From Tubiluchus corallicola (Eukaryota; Animalia; Priapulida): DNA of 64,000 nucleotides. The notes under the pieces are model-generated. The model ran no database searches, was not told the origin of the DNA, and worked only from the letters and a program-made list of their open reading frames with translations. Positions 28,201 to 41,180 of this stretch are shown here, in pieces. Positions within the stretch are counted from its first letter, which is position 1. Each line of letters starts with the position of its first letter. The stretch covers positions 1 to 64,000 of the forward strand of contig JAQGDQ010000043.1 in NCBI GenBank assembly GCA_030141605.1, read 5' to 3'. The position numbers and the translations under genes are program-made.

Positions 28201-31200
28201 AATAAGGGGGATATTTTAAAAATCCAGTGAAAATTACAGAAAAATCAGTTTTATGAACAATTCTTTCTCGTTGTACATACCCAAAATTGGACACTATGCT
28301 TATAAGAGGATATTATGCCTCTTCCTAAAATTGTTCATTATCTCAGCCATAAGCTGGTTCGAGCAGAAGGGCTGATCTTATTAAAGAAATATCATTAATT
28401 TTGCCAGGATATGAAAATGACGATTTAATTATAAACTAACGAGATTCGGTAATCAGAGGCCGACTTTGTCTGCAGCGGAAGGTTGAATTAATTCTCACTT
28501 GAAGGGGTGGGCTGTTGAATTGGGTGCCGTTTGTCAACGATTCAAAAGATGGTGATGAAAAATGAAGATGTAAAGGCGGAAATGTCATAGAAACGCTAAA
28601 TTAGCATGATTAGCGTCTGTGTATCTCCGATGCGGAAAAGTACAGATATCGCCCTCCAGGTGGCTCCAACAGGGGGTTGCCCAATAAAAATGTCATCTCC
28701 GCCACATATCATTATTTTCATATTTTTCAGCCACAAATTTTGAGTCACAGTTTGACAGCAGATTTATACTGTATCAAACTGAGTTTTCTCGAGATGATTT
28801 TATAATTGGAGTTATTGGACGCGCTTCAATTGCGCTGGTTAGTAAACCTGAACTTGGAGCAACCACCTCCGATTCATGTTGCAGGTAGCAACTGATATGT
28901 CACGTGACCTCGTTAAAAGCGAGCCTTCCTTTCAGGTTACTATTTTGCTAGAAATTAAAACTGCTGACGATGGCAATTAATATGCGCTAATTAAGAAAAC
29001 TCTATCTGCTGTTGTCTAATTGCGTTTGTTTAATGCCCCCTATGAAAGTTACACTTCAAAATGGCCGCTAATGCAGGTGGTATCGAAACGTAACACCTGT
29101 ATTGTATGAATAAGAAGCGGTAACACAAAGTTCCTTAATGGATTTGTATGGTTATACGCGAGGCATCTCGTGCCATTCATACAATGCTTTGCAAGTTCCT
29201 TTCTTGGTGATATTTTTATATGGCAAATTAAAGGGGTGTCATATTGTACGTGAAGCGACACCCAAATTGTTGTTTTCTAACGCTGTTCATGCTATTTAAC
29301 CTGACCCACACTTTGAAGAATGGTTTTTTTCTATTTAATATAGAAGATTAGTTCCTAAGCAATGCAGGAAGACCGCATTGTCAAGATTGGCCATGCACTG
29401 CAGCGAACTTTATACACACTGATTGGCAGTCTTTATAAGATAGCAGTTCAGACTGGTGTCTTAACCAAGTTGCTAGTGAGAGCATTTTTTGAGGAGGTTC
29501 AGTGTCAACTATATTACTATTGTGGTAATACAATAGTTAAAGTTAAGCTAAAAACGACAATCAAAAGGCATTTCTGCGAAATGTACCATTTAGTTCGAAC
29601 ATGACTCGAATGGTTCCATTTTCACTTTTTCAGCTATGGCTAATTATGTATATATATATAATTATTGATTTTAGAAGAATCAGTAATCGAACCGTTCTAT
29701 GTTTTCAAAATTCAAAAATTAATGCGAAGGTCTTGTGTGTATTGTCTAATTGTTAATGTGCTCCATGCATGATTGATGGTATAAAATATTGCATTCAAAT
29801 TAAATCTAATAAATCAAATAAAAAATTATTGAAACTTCAAAATTCAACTTGTTCTCTTAATGAAAACTGGGAATAGTAATCTGCTTATTTTTTATCTGAC
29901 TAATATAATTAGCTGAAAGGGCAAGACGAGAAGATTGGAATGGAGAATTTTTGGTATTTTGCTAGTATTGAGTGCCGTCACAACAGCAGTAACAGCCTTT
30001 TGTAATAATACTAACGCGGTTGATGATGATGATAGCAAAATATGATGTGTGGCTGGCTATCCGCTGCTGCATGGTTAAGAAAAACACCCAAACCCAATAA
30101 AAATGCATCACTGATTATATTGACATTTCTTATTACTAGAAGACAAATATTTAAAGGATTAAAACCAGAACTAATCCACAGAATTTAAAAAAACCAACGA
30201 AACGGCTTAACAGATGGTACCAAAAATTCAACTTTTTTCTCTTATTTCCTGCTTAGAGTTAATTAGACAAATAGGTAGGGTGAATACATCTAAATTGTGT
30301 GAATTCATAAATTTGTTTCTTGCTTGCTGCTCATAACATCTTCGTCTGTATAGTTTTTTTAATAACGATGTCTTTTTGTAGACAGTCATATTATGAACAA
30401 CTTGTCTTCTATATTTTTATCTATAATAGGCCATTTAGTTTTCCTATCTAGTTTTCTACTCCCAATATTTTTGCTCATAGGTTTTTTTACAGATCTCGTT
30501 TACAGTTTTCCCTCTTAATACCAACCGGCAAGTTAAGAGCTCGTATCAAAATGGAAATATCGTCGAAGACTAGGTAATGGAGCATTTGCGCCCCCTATTC
30601 TTGCATTTAGAAGCAAAACAAATCCTGTCAATCATTTTCTCACATTCCTTCCTAATAACAATGCTGGCTCAACCATGTTTTATAATTCTCACAATTTATA
30701 AAACTTCGCAATTGAATTTTTAAGCCGTGTCAAAATATTTTCATAAGCGCTAGTGATATAATGCTTGCGTGTAGGGGAGCATGTTATTCTTGTGAGCGCA
30801 GTATAAAAGCTCGTATTTGCCCTTTGCATCGTATGCTTTGAATGAAGACTAGGCTGAGCGTGCTGTTTTGTTTCAAAGGCTTGGTTTCTCTATTGGCTGG
30901 AAGTTTCGTCATTGTTGTGACGCTAGGCGGCGGAACGATATGAGCAAAGAAAAATAGTTCCTGGAAAAATATCTATTAATTTTTATGAACTTTGTACGTG
31001 TGAATTTGTGGTTAAATAACCAGGCAATACTGTAGAGGTGGCGATACGTAGAATCGTGAGCTGAGAAAATCAAATAAAATTTGATGCAATAGCGAAATGC
31101 TTAGAATCCTCTATTGTACTTTTTTCTAATATTGCTCCCCTAATCATTTTTGCTCAGTTGTTGTCTGTGATCTTTTAATTTTCTCAGTTTTGATTCTTAA

Positions 31201-32631
31201 TTATAATCGTATAGGTGTTTATTTTGAGATTTTACAGTGTTGAATGCTTTTCACCACAATTCTCTGCCGTCATTCTTGTATTGTTATTATCACAGCACCT
31301 TCTGACGAACATAAGTCGTTGCGTCAATTTAATTAAATTTACTCTTTAATGAAGCTGCTTAATGAAGCTGAAGGGTGTTGCGCTCTTAATACAAATCTTG
31401 TTAGTTTGTTACTAGTCTTCATTAATAAGATGTTGCTAGGTTCTTGGCTTCTTGCTTGGAGAACTTTGCATGTTTTAATAGAACATTTCAAATAAAATTA
31501 TATAAAACAAAGATGATAACTTGATTTGCAAAATTAGAGGTGTAGGTGATTTTTCTAATTGAGATTAGTTTAGCAATGTAGAGTAAATGGACGGGTGACC
31601 ATCGAAAAAGCTGCTTCTGAAGGTTAGTTTCGTGCTAGCCCAGGCTATCTTCCTAGTTGGTGGTGGATGTACACACTCTGGATCAGGTATCTCTGCTTTG
31701 TTTCTCTCAAAGTAGAGGATTGATATTTAGGTAGATTCCAGTCCTGCCACAACTATCTATATCCGCCTGTGAATGCTGAATCCCCGTGTACAAGGTATCG
31801 AACTGTATGTAAAATTGTATGGACTGTGAAAATGAATATAGAACTGCCTCGTGCTTCTGATACTGGAATTGAATCGTCCAACTAAGAGGGGTGCTTGGTC
31901 ATTTCTTCGAAGCCATTTCTTGTTATCAGTCACACGTTTGGCCAAAGGAGGCAACAAATCTTCCGCTGCACTGTGCGCAACTGAAATCACTCGCACGTCA
32001 GCGAACCAAGATGCCCGTATCACTAAAGTGTTTAAAAAATTGTATATTTGTATCTTTTTGTATCGGATTATATTTGCGCTAATTTTGAAAATTTTGTAGT
32101 TAAAATAACTTAATCGCTGTCCTAATCGTTGGAATAGTTTCACGAAGAAACTTAATAATTTGACCGTTTCATGGCGTGGTTGATCAACAGCTGTGCAAAG
32201 TAGATGATAATGTATTGTGTTTACACTTGTCTCTTCAAATAACAGTTTTTGTTTCCTTTAATTTTCATCTCATCTTCACCTTGTATGTATAACTATAATG
32301 TAACTATATGTGACTATTGACTGTTTTTAATCACAAAAGGACATCTTCTCCTCACGTAATTTCGGTTCGCTGACAAATGAGATGGGGACGTTATACAAAA
32401 GTTAGTTGACGGCTTGACTCTTTAGTGAAGACAGTCCAGAGTACAAGCGAATGGTTTTTTTTACTAAGTATTGGAATATAATGGCATTATCGTTAAGTAT
32501 TACAGTTAGCTACGTGCCTCATGCAACTTTACGGAATTAGAAACAGGCATCCATATAATTTTTTTATTATTTAGATCACTGCCAATATCAACAACACAAA
32601 TGCAAAATTAAGCACTTGTGCTTAACACTTA

Positions 32632-32785
32632 AAATTTTTATATATGCTTTATAATTTTTATTTATTATATATATATTTATATAAATATATAAATTAAATA
32701 AATAATAAAGTATAAATAAATAAATATATATATTTATATATGAAACATTTATATATTTATATAATTTGCATATTATATTTTATTG
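32632..32785. repeat. Near-pure AT low-complexity tract
   Basis: Directly visible, with very few G/C over about 150 bp. Confidence 0.85.
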
Positions 32786-33229
32786 AATTCAGTTTCGTTG
32801 AGACCGTGATCGGACGTTGACAGATTGCGAGCGCTAACTCGCACATAACAGCCACTCAAACACTTGTTCCGTAATTCAGAGTGGTCTCACTCACTGAAGT
32901 GCTGTTATGCAACAATGGACATAAATCCCTCGGGTCCCACTTGACTAAGAGTGGGACATGGGGCTTCATTCTCCACTGCTCGCCCCACAACTGCTCCATG
33001 CATAATCTTCATAAAAGTACTGAATAGTACTGAATCATCTGAATGTAAAAAATGATTTGGAAGTCAGGATGAATAGTGATCGATCGATTTATTGTTTATT
33101 ATATTATAGTCCTAAAGCACTGACATGTTGTGAGATATTCCTTCAGTTGGCTTAAGCCTACTCAAATTCTATAATTCCTATATAGTAATCTTTCGAGCAG
33201 CTTTTGGGTGTAAATATGGGGAAAAATTT

Positions 33230-33298
33230 GTCACTTGCGTGATTTGAACCATCGACAACTAAATTTTGGTATAGCACTTACTGTAGTTGGCATGTGAT
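33230..33298 (-). pseudogene. More decayed tRNA-like or SINE-head remnant
   Basis: B-box-like GGTTCAAATC (33241-33250 on minus), partial acceptor pairing TCAC/GTGA at tRNA-like spacing, followed by TTTTT. Confidence 0.35.
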
Positions 33299-33454
33299 GC
33301 CACGTTATCGCGCATTAAAGCTTTCGAAATTTGTTTTGTTTACGTGGTGTACTCGTGTTTTTAAAATGGATTTCTCACTGAGGCATGCATAGAAATCTGA
33401 TAAATTTGTGACTACGTTTAAGAGAAATGAATTAAAAATCCAAATTTTTCCTGC

Positions 33455-33526
33455 TGATGCCACTGGGAATCGAACCTAGATCATCTGCATTTCAGGCAGC
33501 TAGGCTAATCCGCTAAACATAGCAAC
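33455..33526 (-). pseudogene. Degenerate tRNA-like sequence (tRNA pseudogene or SINE head), nominal anticodon GAA
   Basis: Minus strand reads GTTGCTA TGTTTAGCGGATTAGCCTA GCTGC CTGAAAT GCAGA TGAT CTAGG TTCGATT CCCAG TGGCATC A. It has a perfect B-box GGTTCGATTCC, acceptor stem 6/7, anticodon and T stems 4/5 each, and a poor D-arm. Confidence 0.65.
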
Positions 33527-34279
33527 TCGGTTTATGAATGAGCATATTTTTCAAAAAAAGAATGCAAAATGGACTTAACTTCGCTTGTCAAGTACATGTT
33601 GCACCCTTTTTCTTTTTTGCACAACCTGCGTTATTTTTTAGCAAGTCTTATTACGTAATAGAAACTAGATACTCCAAGCCTTTATAATTGATGCAGAATT
33701 TTGTTTTTGCAGCTTTTTATCATCTTATCATCTTTGCTGAGCGTAACACGATCTCGCCTGTTCTTATATAACTCGCATTTAGCCTCTGTAATAACTGACA
33801 TTAGGTACACAATTGCATTATTCTGTGTGATTATCAAGCCTAACTGCCGTCTTTATCTATCTTTGGCTTCATTGTCAAAGGCCACACAAAGGAAGCTGGG
33901 TCGCGACAAGGAGGTATGCTGAGTCGCTGACGTATGCATACGACTCATCTGTATTCATGGCGCGAAGGTTCTTAATCTTTCCTCTTTGCCTTCGCTTTCT
34001 TTTCCTTTTCTCAGTCACCTCTTCAGTAAGGACAGCCTGATTAAAGCGAAGCCAGTGCAAGGCCAAGACTTGTTAACAGTGTAAGTTTTTGGTGTGTGTT
34101 GCACTATGTAGGTGCAAAATATTCAGGCACCGAGATACTTCATAAATTCAGTCTTTCACATACTCATTCACCTCGGAGGAGACTTAGATGAAGAATATAT
34201 TCGCACCTAAACGAAGACGCCTCTACTGGTTAATTCAGTGCCTCATTTTAGAGGATAACCAAAGCTAATCAATTAGATT

Positions 34280-34693
34280 CTGGTCTTGCTGCAAGCATCC
34301 ACGTGGACTATGCCCTGCTACTGAGTGCTGGATTCCAGCTGGTCTCGCAGTAACCTTCCACATGGACTATGCCTTGTTACTGAGTGTTGGATTTCAGCTG
34401 ATCTTGCTATAGCCATCCACGTGGACCATACCTTGCCACTGAGTGCTGGATTCCAGCTGGTCTCTCTGCAGCTATCCACATGGACTATGCCATGGCAATG
34501 ATTGCTGAATTACAGGTGGTCTCTCTGCAGCCTTCCACATAGACTATGCCCTGCCACTGAGTACTGAATTCCAGCTGGTCCTCTCTACAGCTTTCCACCT
34601 TGACTATGCGTTGCTACTGAGTGCTGAATTTCAGCTGGTCTCTCTGCAGTCATCCACATAGACTATGCCCTGCCACTGAGTGCTGAATTCCAA
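34280..34693. repeat. Minisatellite, 7 diverged copies of a 59-bp unit (CTGGTCTCTCTGCAGCCATCCACATGGACTATGCCCTGCCACTGAGTGCTGAATTCCAG-like)
   Basis: Units start at 34280, 34339, 34398, 34457, 34516, 34575 and 34635. Confidence 0.96.
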
Positions 34694-37600
34694 CTTGCAG
34701 AGAACTTAACTGTATAAAAAAAACAATTAGGGCAAAAAGGTTTCTTTGTGGCACAGCAGTATATTTAGTTCGTGGCTATATTTGGGATTATAAACACCTA
34801 GAATGTCATTTGTCATTCAGACAAAGATACTATTCATTCGTCATTAATTAAATGTAGGCGCAGATATTAATATTCCTTTCCTCACGTTGATGCAAACTTT
34901 GATCACCTTTACGATGCCATCAGTGCTTTGTAATGAAAGGAACAACAAACTTATTTTTGACATTGATGATGTAAACTAATTTCCGTGGCCGTTCATTACA
35001 GCTCAGACTCAGACGCTTATGTTTCGGAATTGCCGTCTGGTGTAATCTATGAAATCTCAAATACCCTGTCATTAGGATTGAACATTTTATGCTTGGGTTT
35101 CTCCAATACCTTTACGCTGTTCGTTGCTTTCCATGTGCTTTACAGACTGCAGAGTTATAAAATCAACATTATGACATTTTTTTCTCAGAATTACTAGTTA
35201 AGTTAAGGACCTCCCATCGTGTTAGTCTCGTGCAAAAGAGCTATAACTTTGAGTGATTGGCGATAACAGCGCCTCGCTGCGTGATTGACTAGTAATTAAC
35301 TCTGCATGATTGATGCTAGCTTGTTCACTGTATACTGTAGTGTACAGTTGAAATTGTGAGGTGCTTACATAATTGTGAATGAAATGAGAAACGACAGGTC
35401 TAACACGCGTAGAATTTTTAAAGACCTCGATTGAGTAAGGCGATATAACGAAAGATGGGAAACAGAGAACAAAATGGCAGTAGGAAAGGTAGATAAGAAA
35501 GAGAAAGGGGAAAACATAGCGCATATATTTCATTGGTCCAATGCAGTCTAATGGTTTAACCAAGTGTCACCTGGTCGAAACTCTGTGTGCTTGGAAGCGT
35601 TTGGTCTGGTCTGACTGAAACTGACCAGTTCATAGAGCAGCATATCAAACATATTGTACGAAAGGGAAGCGGTTCCCATTAAAGGAAGTTAGACATTTGT
35701 TAGATTTCTCTCGGGAGAGAGGGGGTTCTGGCTTTGAACTTTTGTAGCAAAACTTTGGGGAACTAATTCATAATTTTATTTTAAATGAAAAAATCAACTG
35801 ATCTAGTTGTTTGCATGTTAAATTCTCATTTGAAATTAAACACGTTTATTGCCTCAAAACAACCTTCATTCATTGCACAAAATTACCCAACTAAAATTGA
35901 CGCCACGACCCTGGCTATTTCGCCTGAGCAATAAAATCGCTTTAAATTGAAAACGATGTGGGTTAAAAGTGCTTCTGTTGGCCAAAGTGTCTGTAATGCG
36001 AAAACTTGCGAAGCTGGTGTGGGCATAAAATGCTGATAGCTATCCCATTAATATATTAACCCGCTTATTGTTGATTTTGACGGTTTTGCGCCCCAACAGA
36101 ACTTGTGATAACTAAGATGGCGGCCGTGCAAATATTACTGAAGCGATAAAAAGAATTTTTACGACTAGCTAGTCTAATTTGAATATGAAATGCAATTTAG
36201 CTTTGCTGATGAATTAAGGAGATTACAATCAAGCCAAGACATTATGTTGGTATTTGTTATTATTTAACCACTTCACTGTTATTTTATTAAAAAAACACCT
36301 GATCAATCTTTGGTATGTAATAAACAATTTTGTAAAATAATGAACAAGAGTATTTGCGTCTTTTGTACTGTGGGAGGGAAAGCTTTTTAAACATTTGGGT
36401 AACTTGGTTATGGCATTTTCTTGCTGAAGCATTTCCAAGCTGTAAGTCGTGTATAGCCCAAAGTATATGGGACGGAATTGAGCTTTTCGCCAAATATTTG
36501 AAAATGATAATTTGTATAACTATTTTAATATAGTTATTAAAAATTTAGCTTTTAATACTACTGTGATCGAAATTATAAAAACAAACTAAAATGTGTTCGG
36601 TATTTAAAGTTTTTCTAATGTTGTTTTTGAATTTCCGCTTCTGTTACACTTTTATCTGCAGCAGATATTTGTGTCCCTCATAACATAAGATGCGCAGTGC
36701 GATTGCGCACGTATGGGATGCCCTGAAATTTGATTTTTTTTTCTGCCCCTCCAGCCAGACCTTCTGATTAAGTGATCTCTGACTGCAAATTGCCAATATT
36801 GCCGGGTTAATAACTGGCACGTTATAATCAGAAGGTAATTTCAAGATCAGAATCTCTGAGATTCCTTTCTGCCATCGTTTACAAGAGGCGAAAAGATGGT
36901 TTACATTTTGAGCAGATGATGTCAAATTCCTGTCTATAATGTTGCACAAATCATGTGACACCTAGTGGCAAATTACGAAAACTATTGAGCCGATAGGCAT
37001 ATGATTTAAAATACAAAACTCTGTTCCAATAATTTTCGGGATCTATAAAAGAAATTGCTAAAATGCAATGCTTATATTAAATTCTCTGATCTTCCAATAA
37101 CTTTCATGATCCGCCAACAGGCATCGCTGTTTTCCTGTGGTGTCTTTGCGTTGACCATTACGTGAAGCAAACAAAATGCTGAAGGCACTTATTTAAATTA
37201 GATTTATACAAATTTTTCCGACGTCTCCTGGAGAATAACATTGAAATGTCAATTAGAGGTCAATAAAATAAATCACAAATCTGGCGTCTTGTAGATGGTT
37301 ATTGTAATTTACATGTGCGCGTTGAATTTCTTTTTAAAATAGCTTGTAGGACAAATTTCAACAAAAAATTAAACTAATCCTGTGCAGAGGTTATTATATC
37401 TTTCTTACTTGTCTTGCTTTGTTGTCGCATCTCAGTTATACAAGTTTTATATAGAATTTCTGTAAGAACCGCCTCTCAACGTTTTAGGGCATTTATCTCT
37501 TTACATTAATATTCTGCAGCATTTTGATAATATGTTGAACCCGACTCTGTTAACGTAAACAGACAAGATTGTAATTAATTAAGAACCACTTTTGAAACTG

Positions 37601-39299
37601 AAGCTGCAGTTTTTTTCGAAATCTTTGTGAACGGACTCGGTGTGTCGTTGTCGTGCGCATGAAAACGTGCATTTATCCCCAAACCCCGGAAGCCGGTGGT
37701 CGAGAAGCCAATTAAGCACAAACACGATGAAACTCGGATTTCCCGCCTGCATTCTTCTACACTCACCTAACAAGTTTCTAACCTATATAGAAACCGTGCA
37801 TTAGCTTCCTTTCCACGTTTTCCTGTCTTTTCAGACTCAGCCTATTCCATGCAGGAGAGGACAATGCTGACATACGGTCGCAGGTTTATTAATTTTGTCT
37901 GCACGATTCCGGTGGGGCACCCAGTCAGCGCTAATGGTCTCTCGCGCTGCTTTTGCGCTGAATAGAATCGCTTTTTATAACGCATGAATAATTAAAGTTA
38001 AAGCTTTTGTGACAGGCTTTATATTTTGCTCAGTAGATGGCAGTGTTGTTGTTGCTGCTGTTGTATGCAGGGATATAAAGCATTGTTATGTAAAAGCGAG
38101 TTGTTTCATCATAGGCGGGTGGAAGTTCCGGTCTTTATAATACATATTAGTTGTTGCTGAAATGCTGATCTTATGCGTTTTGTATGGCCTTTAGTGGGAG
38201 AATCTCATAAAAGTTTAATGAACTCACCGAAGTCATTTCAGTTTTTGATTTGCTGGACAAGTGCCCTGTTGCACCTCACATATAAACTGAAGAAAAGGGG
38301 CGAAAGAATCTCGCCCTGCTGAACAATACGAAGCTGACACTCATGAGGTGTTGAAATGTAAAACCAAAACTTGATTAAACAATTGACTGAACAAAAACAT
38401 TTTTGCAACGGGAGAAATAAACGTGATGTTATGCGATTTCACAAGTTGATTTCACAACTCAAAAACAACAAATTCTGTAATTAATTTCCTAGTCAAACCT
38501 GAATGCGCATAGATTAATACTGTACTATGGAATAATTTTTTGGGGTAGTTGAATCAAAAATTTTACATTACACGCAGTTCTAATCTCTAATTCTAATCTA
38601 CATTACACTTTAATTCTATTGTTGCGTGTTTCTGATACATAGAGGCTGAGAAATATTTAAGCCATAGATACGTTTAGACATCATTTCTCATTCGCGTAAA
38701 TGTTGGCGTATTTTGATAGGTAACATTCACTGCTCTGACATGGACAGACTGCAGCTGTGTGTATGTCAGACTCAGTGCGGGTGGTAAATGAGAATTCTAT
38801 ATATACACAGTTGCACGCAAAAGTGAAAAATGGTTGGTGGATGTCAGTTTCTTTTTTGTAGGTGTCCTCTTATATCCGATTAATTATCAACCGCCGCGGG
38901 TGAATATTCTGTTATCCTGACTTGGCACATCTTGCGCGAACTTATTAATAGAATTATGATCTTTGCTGTTCGATACGTACAATGAGGTTAATATTAATTG
39001 GATACATTGTATTAAAAGAGTAATTTATCATTAAAATCGTGTATTACATAGCTTTTTATACCTGTCAAAACTGCCAAAATGTTTCGTGTTACATTTTAAG
39101 TCTCATTAATAAATGTTCCGGTTAATAAGTTTTTAACTAGGTACATGAGGCAAAGAGAGGTCATGTGAACCAGGTTTCGATTAGAGTTTCATTTCACTTT
39201 CCAGTAATGCTTTCCCTCAAGTTGCGCATTTAGATATAATTACCCTTCACAAAATCAAACAATTCTTTTTACAGTTACCTATAACTGCTTAACAATTGG

Positions 39300-39523
39300 T
39301 GATCTATCATATACAATTTAATGCACTTTTTAACGTATGCATCGTTTATGTAAATAGTTTCTTTTTAACTAACCTTCTCTTTAATCTTTCTAAACATGTA
39401 AATTGTGTTTTTACATACGCAACTAATTTTATTTTATGTTTTTCCTATCTGTGTATGTATTTTGTGACTTAAGACTACGTATGTCCACGAACTGAAATAA
39501 AAAATTAAATAAATAAACATAAA
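39300..39523 (+). mobile_element. Probable LINE 3' UTR remnant
   Basis: T-rich tract ending GAAATAAAAAATTAAATAAATAAACATAAA. The left boundary is approximate. Confidence 0.35.
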
Positions 39524-40955
39524 GCATGCGTTCATTATAAGTGATTATTTATGTATGGGCAAATAAGCAAATTCCTATGCGCGACCCAGCTTTATCTGTT
39601 GGTTTGTGTGTAAAAAAAGTTATTGTGTCCTGCAACCATCCAAGTTCATAACCAAGTTCCATGTGACATTAAGCAACCACTGTGGGTTGAACATAAACGT
39701 ATTCACAATTTCGCATTCTCATAGTGACAAGTATGGAAATCGTTTTGGAGGCTTCATCTAACGAAATAATTTACATTTTCTACTTAATTGACGAGTATTA
39801 TAAGTAAATACTAATCCACAACTCCATGTGAAATTGCTCTAATTCATTAGTGCTTCGCGAATACTCGCTTGCATTAACATGTCAGCATTTTAATAGCTGA
39901 AAATGAGTAAAGAGCCACATCTGGAGATTTGGGCGCATTAAAACAAAATGTCTCCACAAATCTGCTGCGTAATACCTGACGACATTTTCGTCCAATTACA
40001 CGCATAATAAATTAGTCAAGATGGTTAGAGTGTAATTTGCTCAATTATTAATACTGCTTACTCACTGAAACAGACATAATTTGTATGTGTGTCTTGACTT
40101 CTCTTATGGTTTATAAATAGCAGGTGATATCTTGAAAAACCTTTAAAAAGTTATTGCTAAAATCAACCATTTTTGTTTTAACCTTTAGTATACATGCAAT
40201 ATGTTTATATGAAAAGTCGCTTTGCCTATATATATATGTAGGCAAAGCGACTTTATATATATAATATTGTTTGTTATTGACTTTCATACTACACATAAGT
40301 GTTAGCTTTTGAGGCCATTTAAGAACAAGTTCTGTTTACAGAATATACGACATTTACAGGATAGACAATTATAGTAATACAGCCGTTCAGTGTGTAACCT
40401 GTTTATTCTATTCATTTTATTGTATTTTAAGTGAGTGCTTTTAATCTGTTTAACTATTATTTGTGAGCTTACTGATATTTAATTCTAATATTATTTTGTA
40501 GTAGCTTCGCGAATTGTACTGCTGCCGTATACTGAATGCCACTCGTTTTTCCTCTTACAAACTTATATTGGTATTTTTAATAGTCGGTTTAAGTATGGTA
40601 TGCCGCAATATCTGTAAACAAGAGGCTATCCTTCTAGTAAAACAAGAGGCCATTTCAGTCATATTTGCGCCAGTCGAGAGCGCGGTAAATTGCAAAAATA
40701 TTGGCAAATCAGTTGTCTTTGTAAAATTGGCTGGGGGAAAATAACACACTTATCTCAATGATTTGGGCTGAGAAGATTGCACTGTAATGAGCGGATGAGT
40801 GATTTTGCTTGGTGGAATCGCCACTGCAAGGACAATACTACATGAATGGATTGGTTGAGGTGTTCCCAATGTCACTCATAATCTATTCACATTCTAAACT
40901 AACCAGTCTGGCCGTTATGAAGTTAAGGTTCTGCAAACTGTGGTAGTAGCATCAT

Positions 40956-41180
40956 AATTCAATTCAATTCGATTCAGTTCACCTTTTATTTGAGCATTGG
41001 AATTGCCATATAATACACTAAAATAGATACATTACTACACATACACAAACACAAAATACTATGTCCACTAATTACATGCAACAACAACAAAAATATTAAG
41101 TTACCAACACCAAATAAGGTGGACGTTCCGCAACCAAAAAAAAGTCGAAGTATACCGCACATCAGACTCATTTGCAATGT
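40956..41180 (-). mobile_element. Probable LINE (CR1/L2-group) 3' end remnant
   Basis: The minus strand has a T/G-rich UTR, AATAAA (40985-40990) and a (GAATT)n-type tail. Confidence 0.5.

Noticed and set aside
30802-30930. TATAAAAG plus reverse CCAAT as an internal promoter
   Set aside because: Short motifs in inconsistent order, with no linked first exon or donor.
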